NCBI RefSeq assembly: GCF_006345805.1
Contig: NW_021831404.1
Span: 1 to 64,000 of the forward strand
Length of the DNA stretch: 64,000 nt
Direction of reading: 5' to 3'
Source of the DNA: Octopus sinensis
Taxonomy: Eukaryota
Part shown: one piece after another, positions 13,735 through 25,330 of the stretch
Position numbering within the stretch: position 1 is the first letter of the stretch
How the letters are laid out: every line of letters begins with the position of its first letter
Made by a program: the position numbers and the translations under genes
The notes under the pieces: model-generated
Database searches by the model: none
Seen by the model: the letters and a program-made list of their open reading frames with translations, nothing else
Told to the model about the DNA's origin: nothing

Positions 13735-13969
13735 GCTTCAAATTTTGGTAAGGGGGCCAGCAGTTTTTGATAGGGAGGGTGAAGTTGATTACTTAGACCC
13801 CAGTACTTGACTGGTACTATTTTTATCGACCCCCCGAAGGAATGAAAGTAAAGTCGACCTCGGCAGCATTTGAACTCAGAACGCAAAGACGGACGAAACG
13901 AGGCTAAGTATTTTATCCAGCATGCCAATAATTCTGCCAGCTCGCCACACTGAGATAATAATAATAATA

Positions 13970-14007
<38 letters not shown>

Positions 14008-14500
14008 GCTTTATGAATGGTAGATAAAAAATGGGAAAGAATTCTAAAATATTCCATATGCCATGCAGTTTGTCTTAAAGTGTTTTTTAAACACATGATA
14101 ATTTCTGGGTTCCATACGTCTCCAGATACTGAAGTCATCGAGTAGATAATTGGAGAAAACACAGCGTAACATGTATCTGAGGGCAAACACAGATAAACCA
14201 GGAAGCTGCAGAAAAGAAACAAAAGAAGGAGAAAAAAAAAAACTTAGAAAAGGCAGTTTACTATTGTCATCAACATAATAATAATAATTTTCTGCAATAG
14301 GCACAAGGAATGAAATTCTAGGGAAAGGGGTTTGTTATTATGTTGCCTCTTGTACTTTGAGTGGTACCTTGCTTTATCAACTCCAAAAGGATGAAAAGCA
14401 AAGCCCACCTCAGTAGGCTATGAATCCTACACTGACAAATGCCATGTGAGAGAATTTGGTACGCAGAAACTATGCCAGAGTCTATCGTATACATATATAT
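11170..14500 (-). repeat. Array of roughly a dozen co-oriented family-A SINEs separated by (AAT)n
   Basis: The ggatgaaaggcaaagtc..gaatttgaactcag core recurs every 200-300 bp. Confidence 0.8.
11961..12170. mobile_element. piggyBac-type MITE, family 2
   Basis: ttaaccttttagcatt...aatgctaaagggttaa. Related copies near 28760-29000, 35590-35760, 57367-57596, 58120-58800 and 61915-62130. Confidence 0.75.
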
Positions 14501-14526
14501 ATAAAGGATACAATACACGTCTTTAA

Positions 14527-14581
14527 GTGCTACTAATAGTTTCATATGTTGAGAAATGTCTCAAATATATTCATCAGGCAC
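14527..14581 (-). ncRNA. Type I hammerhead ribozyme motif
   Basis: gtgc-CTGATGA-[atat..ttgaga catt tctcaa..atat]-GAAAC-tatta-GTA-gcac. All core nucleotides present and three stems can form. Confidence 0.7.
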
Positions 14582-15004
14582 AAACCACACATCATAACAA
14601 ACTAAAAAAAAATTGCATAAGAGAAAGAATGCGGAAAAAACTGAGAAGGCAGCAAGCATACAGAAAACACAGGAGGATAAAAAAAAACAGAAAATGTAAA
14701 AGTAAAAACTAAAATTTAACAAGTAAAAAGGTAAAAGAGTTATTCTCCTTCGACCCTAAATTATAAGGCTGTATGAACATATTAAAGATATTCACATTTA
14801 TAGACATTTTAGTTTAAGGTCTAAGGAGCATAACTCTTTTATCTTTTTTGGGTTTTTTTTCAATTTTTTACATTTTAGCTTTTCGTTTACCATTTTTTTA
14901 ACCTTCGACATTTACTATATGCTGCCTTCTCAGCTTTTTCGTGCTTTTGTCTTTTATTCAATTTCTTTTAGTTTGGTCTGCTTGTAATTCATAAATAAAT
15001 AAAT

Positions 15005-15254
15005 AAATATATATAAGCAAATAATATATATATATATATATTATATTATATATATATATATATATAATTATATATATATATATAATATATATTATATATA
15101 TATATATCTATATATATATATATATATATTATTATATATATATATATATATATATTATATTATATATATTATATATATAGTTATATATATATAATATATA
15201 TATATATATCTATATATATATATATTATATATATATATTATTATATATATATAT

Positions 15255-15294
<40 letters not shown>

Positions 15295-15362
15295 TATTAT
15301 TATATATATAATATTATATATATAATTATATATATTATATATATAATATATATATATTATAT

Positions 15363-15410
<48 letters not shown>
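15005..15410. repeat. Long interrupted (TA)n followed by (GA)n; similar tracts at 323-570, 2420-2535 and 5846-5950
   Basis: Direct reading of the sequence. Confidence 0.95.
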
Positions 15411-15412
<2 letters not shown>

Positions 15413-15684
15413 GAAATTAAAGATGGAAAATGCACACACTTTACATAGTTTAATATAATTTTTAATATATTCTTTTATTCTTTTGCTTGTTTCAGTCATT
15501 TGACTGCAGTCATGCTGGAACACTGCCTTTAGTCGAGCAAATCGACCCGAGGACTTATTCTTTATAAGCCTAGTACTTATTTTATTGGCCTCTTTTGCTG
15601 AACTGCTAAGTTACGGGGACATAAACACACCAGCATCGGTTGTCAAGCAATGCTGGGGGGACAAAAGCAGACATACAACCATAT

Positions 15685-15751
<67 letters not shown>

Positions 15752-16516
15752 TACGATGGGCAACTTTCAGTTTCCGTCTACCAAATCCACTCACAAGGCT
15801 TTGGTCGGCCCGAGACTATAGTAGAAGACACTTGCTCAAAGTGCCATGCAGTGGGAGTGAACCCGTAACCATGTGGTTGGACAGAACAAAGCTGTCCGAC
15901 GAATGGGAATGTGAAACTCTGAGTAACAGTTTTTGTGATACTTTTGCTGCTTTTTAATAAAGTATATACACACACACACACACATACCTATGTGTGTGTG
16001 GGTCTTTGTGCCTGTGTTTGTTCCCCCTACAGTTTGTTTATGTCCCTGTAATATAGCACTTCAGCAAAAAAGACAGAATAAAGTGATGCCCCAGTATGGT
16101 TGCAGTAAAAAGATAAAGATATCTCTCATCATAATCCTCAACCTTTTCCCGTCCATTTTCCCATGCTTTCATAGGGTCAGGCAGCGTAATTCATTGAGTC
16201 AGATTTTCTACAACCAGATGCATGCCTGTCATCCACCCCCATCTGTTTCCAAGTAAGGTAATTATTTCCCCCCTTGGCCCACAGAAGAGTGGAAATCAGC
16301 ACCACCACCTGTATGAAGCTGATGCCTGTTTACAACTCGGACAAGCTTAGCAAGATGAACAGACATGAACATGAGCTTTCACATCAGTCACTGGACTGCA
16401 GCCATGCTGGTTCACCACCTTCGAGAGTTTGAGTCAGACAAACCTCTCCTTTCAATAATTGGGATGTAAATAAACCAACATTGGTTGTCTAGCAGTAATA
16501 AGGGACAAATATACAA

Positions 16517-16578
<62 letters not shown>

Positions 16579-17144
16579 AAATATTAGGGAATAAATCCAA
16601 ACTTACAGGGAAAAATCAGATTTAGGATTGAATCCAATTTTATAGTAAAATATTATATTATATTAAATTAGTGATAAAACCACTATTAGGCAAATCAAAC
16701 AATGAAAAACTTAAGTCAATACATAAAATTAATTAATTTATATTATTTTATATATATATATATGTATGTATGTATAATCCACAGTATATGGATTTAACTA
16801 ATCCGGTGGTAATCACAAAAACTGCCCTTAGTGAACCAGGCTACAAACCAAATAGTGAACCAATATAGAGGGGTGTACGCAATTTATAACATACATACTA
16901 GAGCAGACACATAAAATAATTTATTATACACTAAAATAAATTCTTTTTCCAAAATGTTGGCTGCGAATCTTATGGATAACAACTGGTGAAATAAATATAT
17001 TCACCTCATACCTCCAGACTTTATATATATATATATATAAAATCAATAATAATAAAGGGTAAAATTAATTAATTAACTAGTAATTAATAATTCTACCAAG
17101 TAGAATTCGGCATGAAAAAGGACCATTTTTCGGTAAACTTAAAC

Positions 17145-17338
17145 AATATTTTATAATTACGAGTATAATTATAATTAGGGTTCAGCAAAGATTTATTTCG
17201 AGTATTTTGTTTTGTCCAGGAGTCTCTTCTTATAGTAGAAGAAATAGCTAAGGTTCTTTGCCTGCTATTTCTAAACTTCGGTATGTGGTAAAGCAAATCT
17301 TTGCTGAACCCTAATTATAATTATACTCGTAATTATAA

Positions 17339-17344
<6 letters not shown>
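17145..17344. repeat. Perfect 50-bp inverted repeats around a 100-bp spacer
   Basis: 17145-17194 is the exact reverse complement of 17295-17344. Confidence 0.95.
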
Positions 17345-17404
<60 letters not shown>

Positions 17405-17999
17405 ATATAAAGTGTAAAGACTCCATCTGGTCATGAGTGACCATGGGTTTGCACTGAGAAAGTTCCTCTCCAAGACACAAGACTGAGCAGGGTTGTTTAT
17501 AGAAAACCAGCAGTCACCCAGCCTCCCCTCTCCACTCCACCGATGTTATCCAAGAGAAAGGCAATGGCTGATAGATCTTAGCACCAGTGATATCGCAACT
17601 CGTTTCTACAGCTGAGTGAACTGGAGCAACGTGAAATAAAGTGTCTTATATAAGATGACTTCTTTCATTTTCCATCTACCAAATCCACTTGGAAGACTTT
17701 AGTAGAAGACATTTGTCCAAAGTGCCAGGAAGTGGGACTGAACTTGGAACCAAGTGGTTGGGAAGCAAATTTTTCTTACCACACTGCTATGCCTGCAGCC
17801 TTTCCTTTTCTCTTTTTATGCATTTCAGCCGAAAGACTGAGGCCATGCTGGGGCACCGCCAGTAAAAAGTTGCCAGCTGGTGGCTACAGGAATCAGAACC
17901 CTGGCCTCTCAGATACTGGCCAACAGCTCTGTACTGTTAAGAAGAAATAAGTATACTTATTTCATCTTATTTCGCATAATTTTCAGATTTAATTTCTCA

Positions 18000-18005
18000 T
18001 TTATT
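18000..18005 (-). terminator. Candidate AATAAA polyadenylation signal for ZZEF1
   Basis: First AATAAA I noted on the minus strand, about 245 nt after the stop. The hexamer is common in such AT-rich DNA. Confidence 0.3.
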
Positions 18006-18247
18006 TTCTTATAATTATCTCATATATCAGAAATGCTTGTTCAGGCTACAACCATCAACCACCATGTTAAATCCCAGATTAAAAAAGAATAAGGTTTAAA
18101 AAATATTTTAAACAGATTTCAATATTTTCTCTTTTCTCTTTTCCTGCTATTTTTTGTTACATGACAACCATATTAATCAAAACTTGTTAATTAAATAACC
18201 AATTAATTTGATAATTACAAGCTTTGGATTTCTGGCATTGCACATTT

Positions 18248-18337
18248 TTAACTTGATTTTGATTTTCCCAAAATAGCTTCTAACGCAGAATTCTTCACTC
18301 CAAGAGCAAGTCCAATAGCAGCGATTACACAAGCACC
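18248..18337 (-). CDS. ZZEF1: ZZEF1 terminal coding exon (GACVIAAIGLALGVKNSALEAILGKSKSS*)
   Basis: ttttacag acceptor. IAAIGLAL resembles IAAISLAI. TAA stop at 18250-18248. Confidence 0.9.
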   Translation of the reverse strand, partial: GACVIAAIGLALGVKNSALEAILGKSKSS

Positions 18338-18619
18338 CTGTAAAAATATATAATTAAAAATAATAACAATAATAGTAGTAATCTTTTCTATTATAGGCAC
18401 AAGGCCTGAAATTTGGGGAGAGGGAACTAGTCAATTACATCGACCCCACTTTTTCACTGGTACTTAATTTATCAACCCCGAAAAAATGAAAGGCAATGTC
18501 AACCTCAACGAAATTTGAACTCAGAACATAGCGACAGGCAAAATACCGCTAAGCATTTCACCCAGCATGTTAATGATTCAGCCAGCTCACTGCCTTAACA
18601 ATAATAATATTAATAATAG

Positions 18620-18667
<48 letters not shown>

Positions 18668-19299
18668 CAATGATGATGGTCACTTTTGTCAATTTCGATG
18701 TGTGTGTGTTTGAAAGAAAGGATTAAAAATATAAAAAGTGAGATTAAGAGAGTGATAAAAGGAGTCCTATGGTTTGTTTGCTTTTTTTTATATGTGTATG
18801 TGGGTCTTGTGTAGTTATATTGTTTTCTTTGTTTAATTAAATTATATTTTATTTTTGTTCCCATTTTTATACATGAATATGTCAGCCCCACATTAGCATA
18901 TATATAGAACAGGATTTGAAGAAATTTTATAAACAAACATCAAAGAAACCCTACCTCCATAAAACATGAAGGTTAAAATCCCTCTATATTAATCACATTG
19001 CTTATAGAACAATGAACACCTAAAGAGAAACATATAAACGTACAATCTTTACTCAAATACTTTTGTGAACATCAAAGCACAAGAGAAACCATTTTCTATA
19101 CTAATAAATCCATGACATGCCTGACTAATAACCCCCAACCTTACAAATGAAAACAATAAATACTCCAAATAATAACAAGTAAAGAAATGACTAACTTAAA
19201 CTTACTACATAACTGCATTCTTTTGCATAAAAAAAATAAACACACCCAATTACTAATGGATTAATTACTGGACTTTGTACCTTTGTCAAAGTAAAGGGA

Positions 19300-19771
19300 T
19301 TAACTGTTTTGTTACCAACCCGGCTGAAACTGGCTCTGGCTCTGTAGTACAAATGTCTTGTTCTCATAAGTTTTGAATTAAAATCTTCCACCAAACCTTC
19401 GTCACAATTTATATTCCTAACATTAGCTTGATGATAACTAAATTATTTTACTAAATTCTTTGTTATATTTTAAATTAACTGAAAGAAATACAGAGCATCT
19501 CAACAGAAATATGGTAACAAAAGGGTTAGCAAATGATTAATTTAACCCTTTTGATACCAACCTGGCTGAAACCGCCTCTGGCTCTGTAGTACAAATGTCT
19601 TGTTTTCATAAGTTTTGAATTAAAATCTTCCACCAAACCTTCGTCACAATTTATATTCCTAACAGTAGCTTAATGATAACTATATTTTTTTACTAAATTC
19701 TTTGTTATATTTTAAATTAATTGAAAGAAATACAGAGCATCTCAACAGAAATATGGTAACAAAAGGGTTAA
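19300..19771. mobile_element. Tandem pair of family-1 piggyBac-type MITEs
   Basis: Two roughly 225-bp copies (19304-19526 and 19546-19767) similar to 63447-63666, bounded by TTAA. Confidence 0.8.
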
Positions 19772-20333
19772 CAAATGATAAATTAAAACCCAATATCAAA
19801 AGCAACAAAAATACTGTCACACTGTGCCTGCATAATAAAGGAAGGCCTACACACTTGTTTATAAAGTTCTACATTCATGAACAAATTCTAAACAATAGCA
19901 TAATCCCAAAGTTAATCAATAAAAATTTCTTCAAAACACCTTTCCATAACAACCAACCCTAAAAATATAATTACCACACCACCTAACCCCACACACCCAA
20001 CAGAGACTATATGAAGCCAAGATTAACTCTCATGCATTATAATTCAACAATAGCTTATCTGGCCAAAACTTCAAAGTCACTGTCAACAAGATTCTTGTTT
20101 AAGAATAATAAATTAGGGAGTGTGTGTGTTTGTGGGTGTGTGTGTACACAAGAATGAGTCAGAACGTAATGCAAATAAAAATTGCATTACTTTCTCTCTC
20201 TCTCTCTCTCTCACACACATACACACACAAATACTACACACATAAACAACAAACTCCTACCTAGACATTCCCACATACCCAAACACTCATTGAAATCCCT
20301 TTAGTCTAAAGGATAATCAACTCCCACCATTCT

Positions 20334-20372
<39 letters not shown>

Positions 20373-20473
20373 CGCCCAACCTTTACTATTTACCTGACAC
20401 TCCCCTGCTATCTCTTCCATTTAACATCAAAAGAACAATAATAAAATGGCAAATTCTTTGGGGATAAACTTAC

Positions 20474-20545
20474 ATGAAAGACTTTAGCCAGGATTTCTTT
20501 GGGCTCTTGCAGAGCAAGTAGGTATTCCTCTTTGATGTCCCATTC
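20474..20545 (-). CDS. ZZEF1: ZZEF1 exon 24 (EWDIKEEYLLALQEPKEILAKVFH)
   Basis: YLLAL motif, tctttcag acceptor, gtaagt donor, phase 0-0. Confidence 0.9.
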
Positions 20546-21020
20546 CTGAAAGAAACAAATGGCATTGTTGTTGTTACTGGTGTTGTTGTTAATTTGTTAA
20601 TGTTATTTAACTCCAGGTTAGTCCTGAGGATACTGACCACTCATCAAATACATTCAATCTATGACCAACCTACTGATTTACAAATATATAGAACTACATT
20701 ATTTACTGGTGTTTGACCACCTGATTCTTGAGTGCCCTTAACTGCATTTACTCTGTTGCAGCTTTCTGAACCAGCTGTGTGGTTAAGAAGCTTGCTACCC
20801 ACCCACATAGTTTTCGGTTCAGTCCTACAGCATAGCAGCTTGGGCAAGTGTCTTCTACTACAGCTTGGGGCAAACAAATGAGTGTCTCATCAAACAAGCA
20901 GTGACCCTTTGTTTCCAGTTTCTGTGAAAACATATCTGGCCACAGGGAAATACAACCTTGCTCGGAAATAGTTATGGGTTGGTGACATACCCATATTTAT
21001 TATTTTGCACATTACTTAAC

Positions 21021-21180
21021 CCTAAGATTTTCAGTATGTAAGAAGAGTTCGGTGAGAGCTCTTTGAATCGGTAGAGGTTGCTGGTTTGGTTGCTGGGATG
21101 TAGTTCGGCTGAGGGATACATACAGCTTCCAGAGTGGACGGAGAAGTGTCAAGTTGATCAAACTCTTGTTTTCTGGATGC
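21021..21180 (-). CDS. ZZEF1: Duplicated exon 23b (...SLSRTT...TENLR); candidate mutually exclusive alternative exon, or a pseudo-exon
   Basis: About 185-bp copy of 22635-22819 with 3 substitutions and the same acceptor. The native donor is absent, but AGG/gttaag gives phase 0. Confidence 0.5.
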
Positions 21181-22263
21181 CTGAAAGTAAGGGCCATCAT
21201 TATCAAAAAAACCTTGCTTGGAAATAGTTATGGGTTGGTAACAGGAAAGGTACGTGGCTGTAGAAAACCTGCCACCCACAAAGAGTGCCATCCATCCATC
21301 CATACATGTATGCATACACATGGACACACACGCACATTTTTTGTCCAACCCATGCCAACAAAAAATACAGAGGCTAAATACCCTGTCCTGTATGTGCTAC
21401 ATGACCGATTAATTATATCTTATAGAGATAAAAATAGTACATCATTATCGTCATCGTCAATGCTTCATCCATTTTTCCATGTTTCCATGGGGCAGAGTTT
21501 CTACAGACGGATGCCCTTTCTGTTGCCAACCCTCACCTATTTCCAAGCAAGGTAATATTTCCCTATGGCCAGACATGTCTTTTTCATGAAAGACTGGAAA
21601 CAAACAACACTGGTTGCTTGTTTTCAATCATCACATGTCAAGACAAGGATACAAAAAAAAAAACACTCACACACACAGATATATATATATATATTTCAGT
21701 ATAATTATAATAAGGGTGTTAGCATAGAGGCGCTGTCATTTCAACACCCTTATTATAATTTTATAATTATACTGAAATATAAATTAACCGTTATGGTCTT
21801 GTTAGTACGCTGGCCACTGATAAATCATTAAATAATGACTTTATCCTAATTATATATATATATATAATAATAATAATAATATATATTATAATAATAATGA
21901 TAATAATAATAATATAATAATAATAATAATATGAGGGAATATTATTCCAATCTTACAGGGAAAAATTAAATTTAGAAATACTAAATCAAATTTCACAAAA
22001 TATAATATATATATATATATAAATTAGAAAAAAAAACACCTTTTATCAGTTCAATAATGAAAAAATTAAATTATACCTTTTAGAAAAAATACATCTTATA
22101 GAAAGATTAAATATAAGGTAAAACATATAACAATGATTAAGTAATGTGCAAAATAATATATAAAATGTATATATAATATATACGTTTTTTCTAAAAAGTA
22201 TAATTTAATTTTTTCATTATTGAATTGATAAAAGGTGTTTTTTTTCTAATTTATATATATATA

Positions 22264-22610
22264 TGGGATGAGGTGGTGAAGCATGACCTTCGAACATTAG
22301 GCCTCACAGAGGCAATGACAAAAGACCAAGACCTCTGAAGGTATGTTGTGACTGAGAAGACCCGGCAAATAAAGTGAGTCCACAACTATAACCTACACCA
22401 GTGTCACATAACCAGCCCACTCAAGAGTACCTTGGATCATATGGCAAAGTGCTGTGCTTGAGGAGACCTATTGAGTCAAGTACATCAACATCAGCAATAT
22501 CAAAATCAAATCAAAATGGAAATTGTAGTTGTGAGCCCCATGCCAGTAACACGTAAAAAGCAGCATCCAAACGTGGCCAGTGCTGCTTTGACTAGCTTCC
22601 ATGCTAAAAG
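22264..22610 (+). mobile_element. Degenerate RTE-type LINE 3' fragment
   Basis: WDEVVKHDLRTLGLTEAMTKD..L*RY.VTEKTRQIK*, followed by 3' UTR sequence shared with other copies in the window. Confidence 0.7.
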
Positions 22611-22628
22611 AATGAAGACAATACAAAC

Positions 22629-22791
22629 CACTGCAAGATTTTCAGTATGTAAGAAGAGTTCAGTGAGAGCTCTTTGAATCGGTAGAGGTTGCTGGTTTGG
22701 TTGCTGGGATGTAGTTTGGCTGAGTGATACATACAGCTTCCAGAGTGGACGGAGAAGTGTCAAGTTGATCAAACTCTTGTTTTCTGGATGC
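22629..22791 (-). CDS. ZZEF1: ZZEF1 exon 23a, ancestral copy (HPENKSLINLTLLRPLWKLYVSLSQTT...RALTELFLHTENLAV)
   Basis: LLRPLW and RALTELF..TEN motifs. actttcag acceptor, GTG/gtttgt donor, phase 2-0. Confidence 0.9.
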
Positions 22792-22959
22792 CTGAAAGTA
22801 AGGGCCATCATTATCAAAATTAATTTATTCAATGTTCACCACACACACACACATGCGTGCACATACAAATATGCACATCTGTCAACTGTAAAGAAAATAT
22901 GAAAAACCAAAGGAAAATGCAAAAAAATTAAATTGCTACAAGAGAAAGTAAAGACGTAC

Positions 22960-23076
22960 TCTAATTGAATATGGAGTATTCTCAGGAGTAGGAAGATGGT
23001 GTTTAATCGTTTCACATGAGTTTGCTTACAAGCAACATGGACCAGGTGTGCCCAGATGTCTTTAATAGGTAAATAT
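22960..23076 (-). CDS. ZZEF1: ZZEF1 exon 22 (YLPIKDIWAHLVHVACKQTHVKRLNTIFLLLRILHIQL)
   Basis: Resembles LPLAKIWEWLVGVACRQTGHQRLKAIHLLLRI. ttctgcag acceptor, gtacgt donor, phase 2-2. Confidence 0.93.
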
Positions 23077-24402
23077 CTGCAGAAGGAAAAAATAAACTTA
23101 AAACAGTCGAGAAAACAACTACAACATTAAAAACAACATCAACAACAATACAATATTACCATATTTTATGTCATATAAAATGGACATTTTTTCAAAAAAA
23201 AATGCCCCAGAAAAATCATCCTGGGTCCAATATGCAAAGCTGGGCCTCCAATAAGCAAATTTTGTCCCTTGCTCACTACTTAAAGCTAATTTAAATCCAG
23301 ATGATCTTTTCTACATAGCTTGACTCCGTAATAATATATAAACATTATTATTCTTACTTTTACTGCAAAAAAAATTATAACAATGGACTACTAGGATGCT
23401 TTAAAATATATGCTTTAATGCATTAAGGTTTTAAGGTTTTTTACCTTTTTCCTGAATATACACTGCTGATATTGAGGTACATCTAATACGCTTGTGTCTT
23501 TTATGCCGACCACCAACACCTCTTATGTCCATCTCCGATGTTCCTGCCTTTAGGTTTTCACTTCATCATACAACCCAGCACAATTTGATTTGTTCTCAGT
23601 CGAAAGACACCTGTTGTTATATGCTTGTTGTTTGTATTTGTAATTGTGTACCATGTTCTCCATTTTTTGTCTTTGTTGTTGTACACATTCGCTAGCTTAC
23701 TTACAAAAAAATCTAATGCTCTTAACTTAGGCTTTTTTGGGTAGTGGGGGGGGACAACCACATCAAACTCTCTCAAGTCTAACTGTCCAAAACAATAAGG
23801 ACTTCCGGTAACTTGACTGAAGAAAGAAGACCACGAATGACCCATCTTCATCGTTTAACGTCAGTTTTCCATGCTAGAATGGGTTGGATGGTTCAACTGG
23901 GGTCTGGGAAGCCAGTAGGCTGCGCCAGGCCCAGTCTGATCTGGCAGTGATTCTAGAGCTGGATGCCGTTCCTAACGCCAAAAAAGAGCGTGTGAGACAG
24001 CGCCAGTGGTTTCAAGGTAGGAAGAATTCAAGTAGAGTTCAGATTAACAAAGTAACCACACGTCTAAGCCCACAAAAGGATAAAAAGGCAAAGTTGGCCT
24101 CAGTGGGGTTTGAACTCAGAGCAAGGAGACAGGGAATAGACACAAATACAGCAATACAAAACACTCTATTCAATATGCTATATTTGAGGGCCGTTGCCCC
24201 TTCTTCAGCACTCATCTAACAACAGTGTTAAGTTATTGGATATACCAATTCACATATTAGACACATTCCTGGGGCTGGTATGTAAACATTAAAGATTAAA
24301 GAAGTAGCAAGTACCTACAGATCTTTCATTATTACTATTATTATTCAGCAATTGATGCAGACACATAATATATAGCAGACACATATGTACATACATATGT
24401 CA

Positions 24403-24727
24403 AGGTGCAAGGCTCAGTGGTTAGAGTGTGTCAGGCTCACCATCAAGAGGTAGTGAGTTCAATTCCCAGACTGAGCTGTGTGTTGTGTTCTAGAGCAAGA
24501 CACTTTATTTCACATTGCTCCAGTTCATTCATCTGTAGAAATGAACTGCCACGTCACTGGTGCCAAGCTGTATTGGCCTTTGCCCTTGGACAACATTGGT
24601 GGCATGGAGAGGGGATTCTGGTATGCAGAAGTGACAGCTGGTCTTCCATAAAACAACCTTGCCCAGACTTGTGCCTTGGAGGGTGCAATCCCAGGTCATT
24701 CATGACTGAAGGGGGTCATTACCCTTT
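24403..24727 (+). mobile_element. tRNA-derived SINE family C (CORE-like centre), representative copy
   Basis: ggctcagtggttag A-box, gagttcaattccc B-box, gcaagacactttatttcac centre. Copies at 17420-17650, 26690-26995, 29418-29735 (11-bp TSD caaacactact), 35180-35520 and 49990-50295. Confidence 0.8.
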
Positions 24728-24845
24728 ACTCTATGCACATTCACATAGCATAGGCAACATGTACACACCATACACACATGTTGGATGTCAGAAAAGGAGT
24801 AATAGCATACAAACTGCTATATACAGTACCACATTGATGACTTAC

Positions 24846-24987
24846 CTTGATAGATCGGAGAAAAGCAGAGTACGCAGGATCAAATAGCCAGTGGTGAACC
24901 GGTCCCTGAAGCCAGCAACCACAGTGAATTTGTAACCCCAGAATGTGTTCTCAGAATCACTGGTGAAGTTATAATACAAAGAGTCAC
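24846..24987 (-). CDS. ZZEF1: ZZEF1 exon 21 (GDSLYYNFTSDSENTFWGYKFTVVAGFRDRFTTGYLILRTLLFSDLS)
   Basis: Resembles GDTLYYRFTSDMSNTEWGYRFTV. gttacag acceptor, AG/gtaag donor, phase 1-2. Confidence 0.95.
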
Positions 24988-24989
24988 CT

Positions 24990-25330
24990 GTAACAGAGGG
25001 AAAGAGACGAGAAATGAAAGAGATGTAACACTGCAGATAAGGAGGTAGTAGAGAAGTTACATGGTGACAGAGATGCAAAGCTAGTAGTGAAGGTTTGTGA
25101 CACAAATGAGGAGATGGTAGTGACGTCGCATTGTGACAAGGATGGAAAGTTGGTAGTGAATGTTTGTAACACAAATGAGATCGTAGTGAAGTCGCACTGA
25201 CAGGGATGGGAAGCTGGTAGCGAGGTCATGCTGTATCACAGAGACATAGAGTAGTAATGAGGTTAAGTTGTGACAGAGATGAAAAGGTGGTACTGAAGTT
25301 ACACAGTGACACAGAATAATGAGATGGCAG
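24990..25330. repeat. Degenerate tandem repeat of about 35-40 bp next to the exon 21 acceptor
   Basis: Recurring gtgacagagatg(g/c)aaag..gtagtga units. Confidence 0.7.

Noticed and set aside
24170-24215. CTGAAGA followed by a hairpin on the minus strand
   Set aside because: No GAAA box and no stem I partner.
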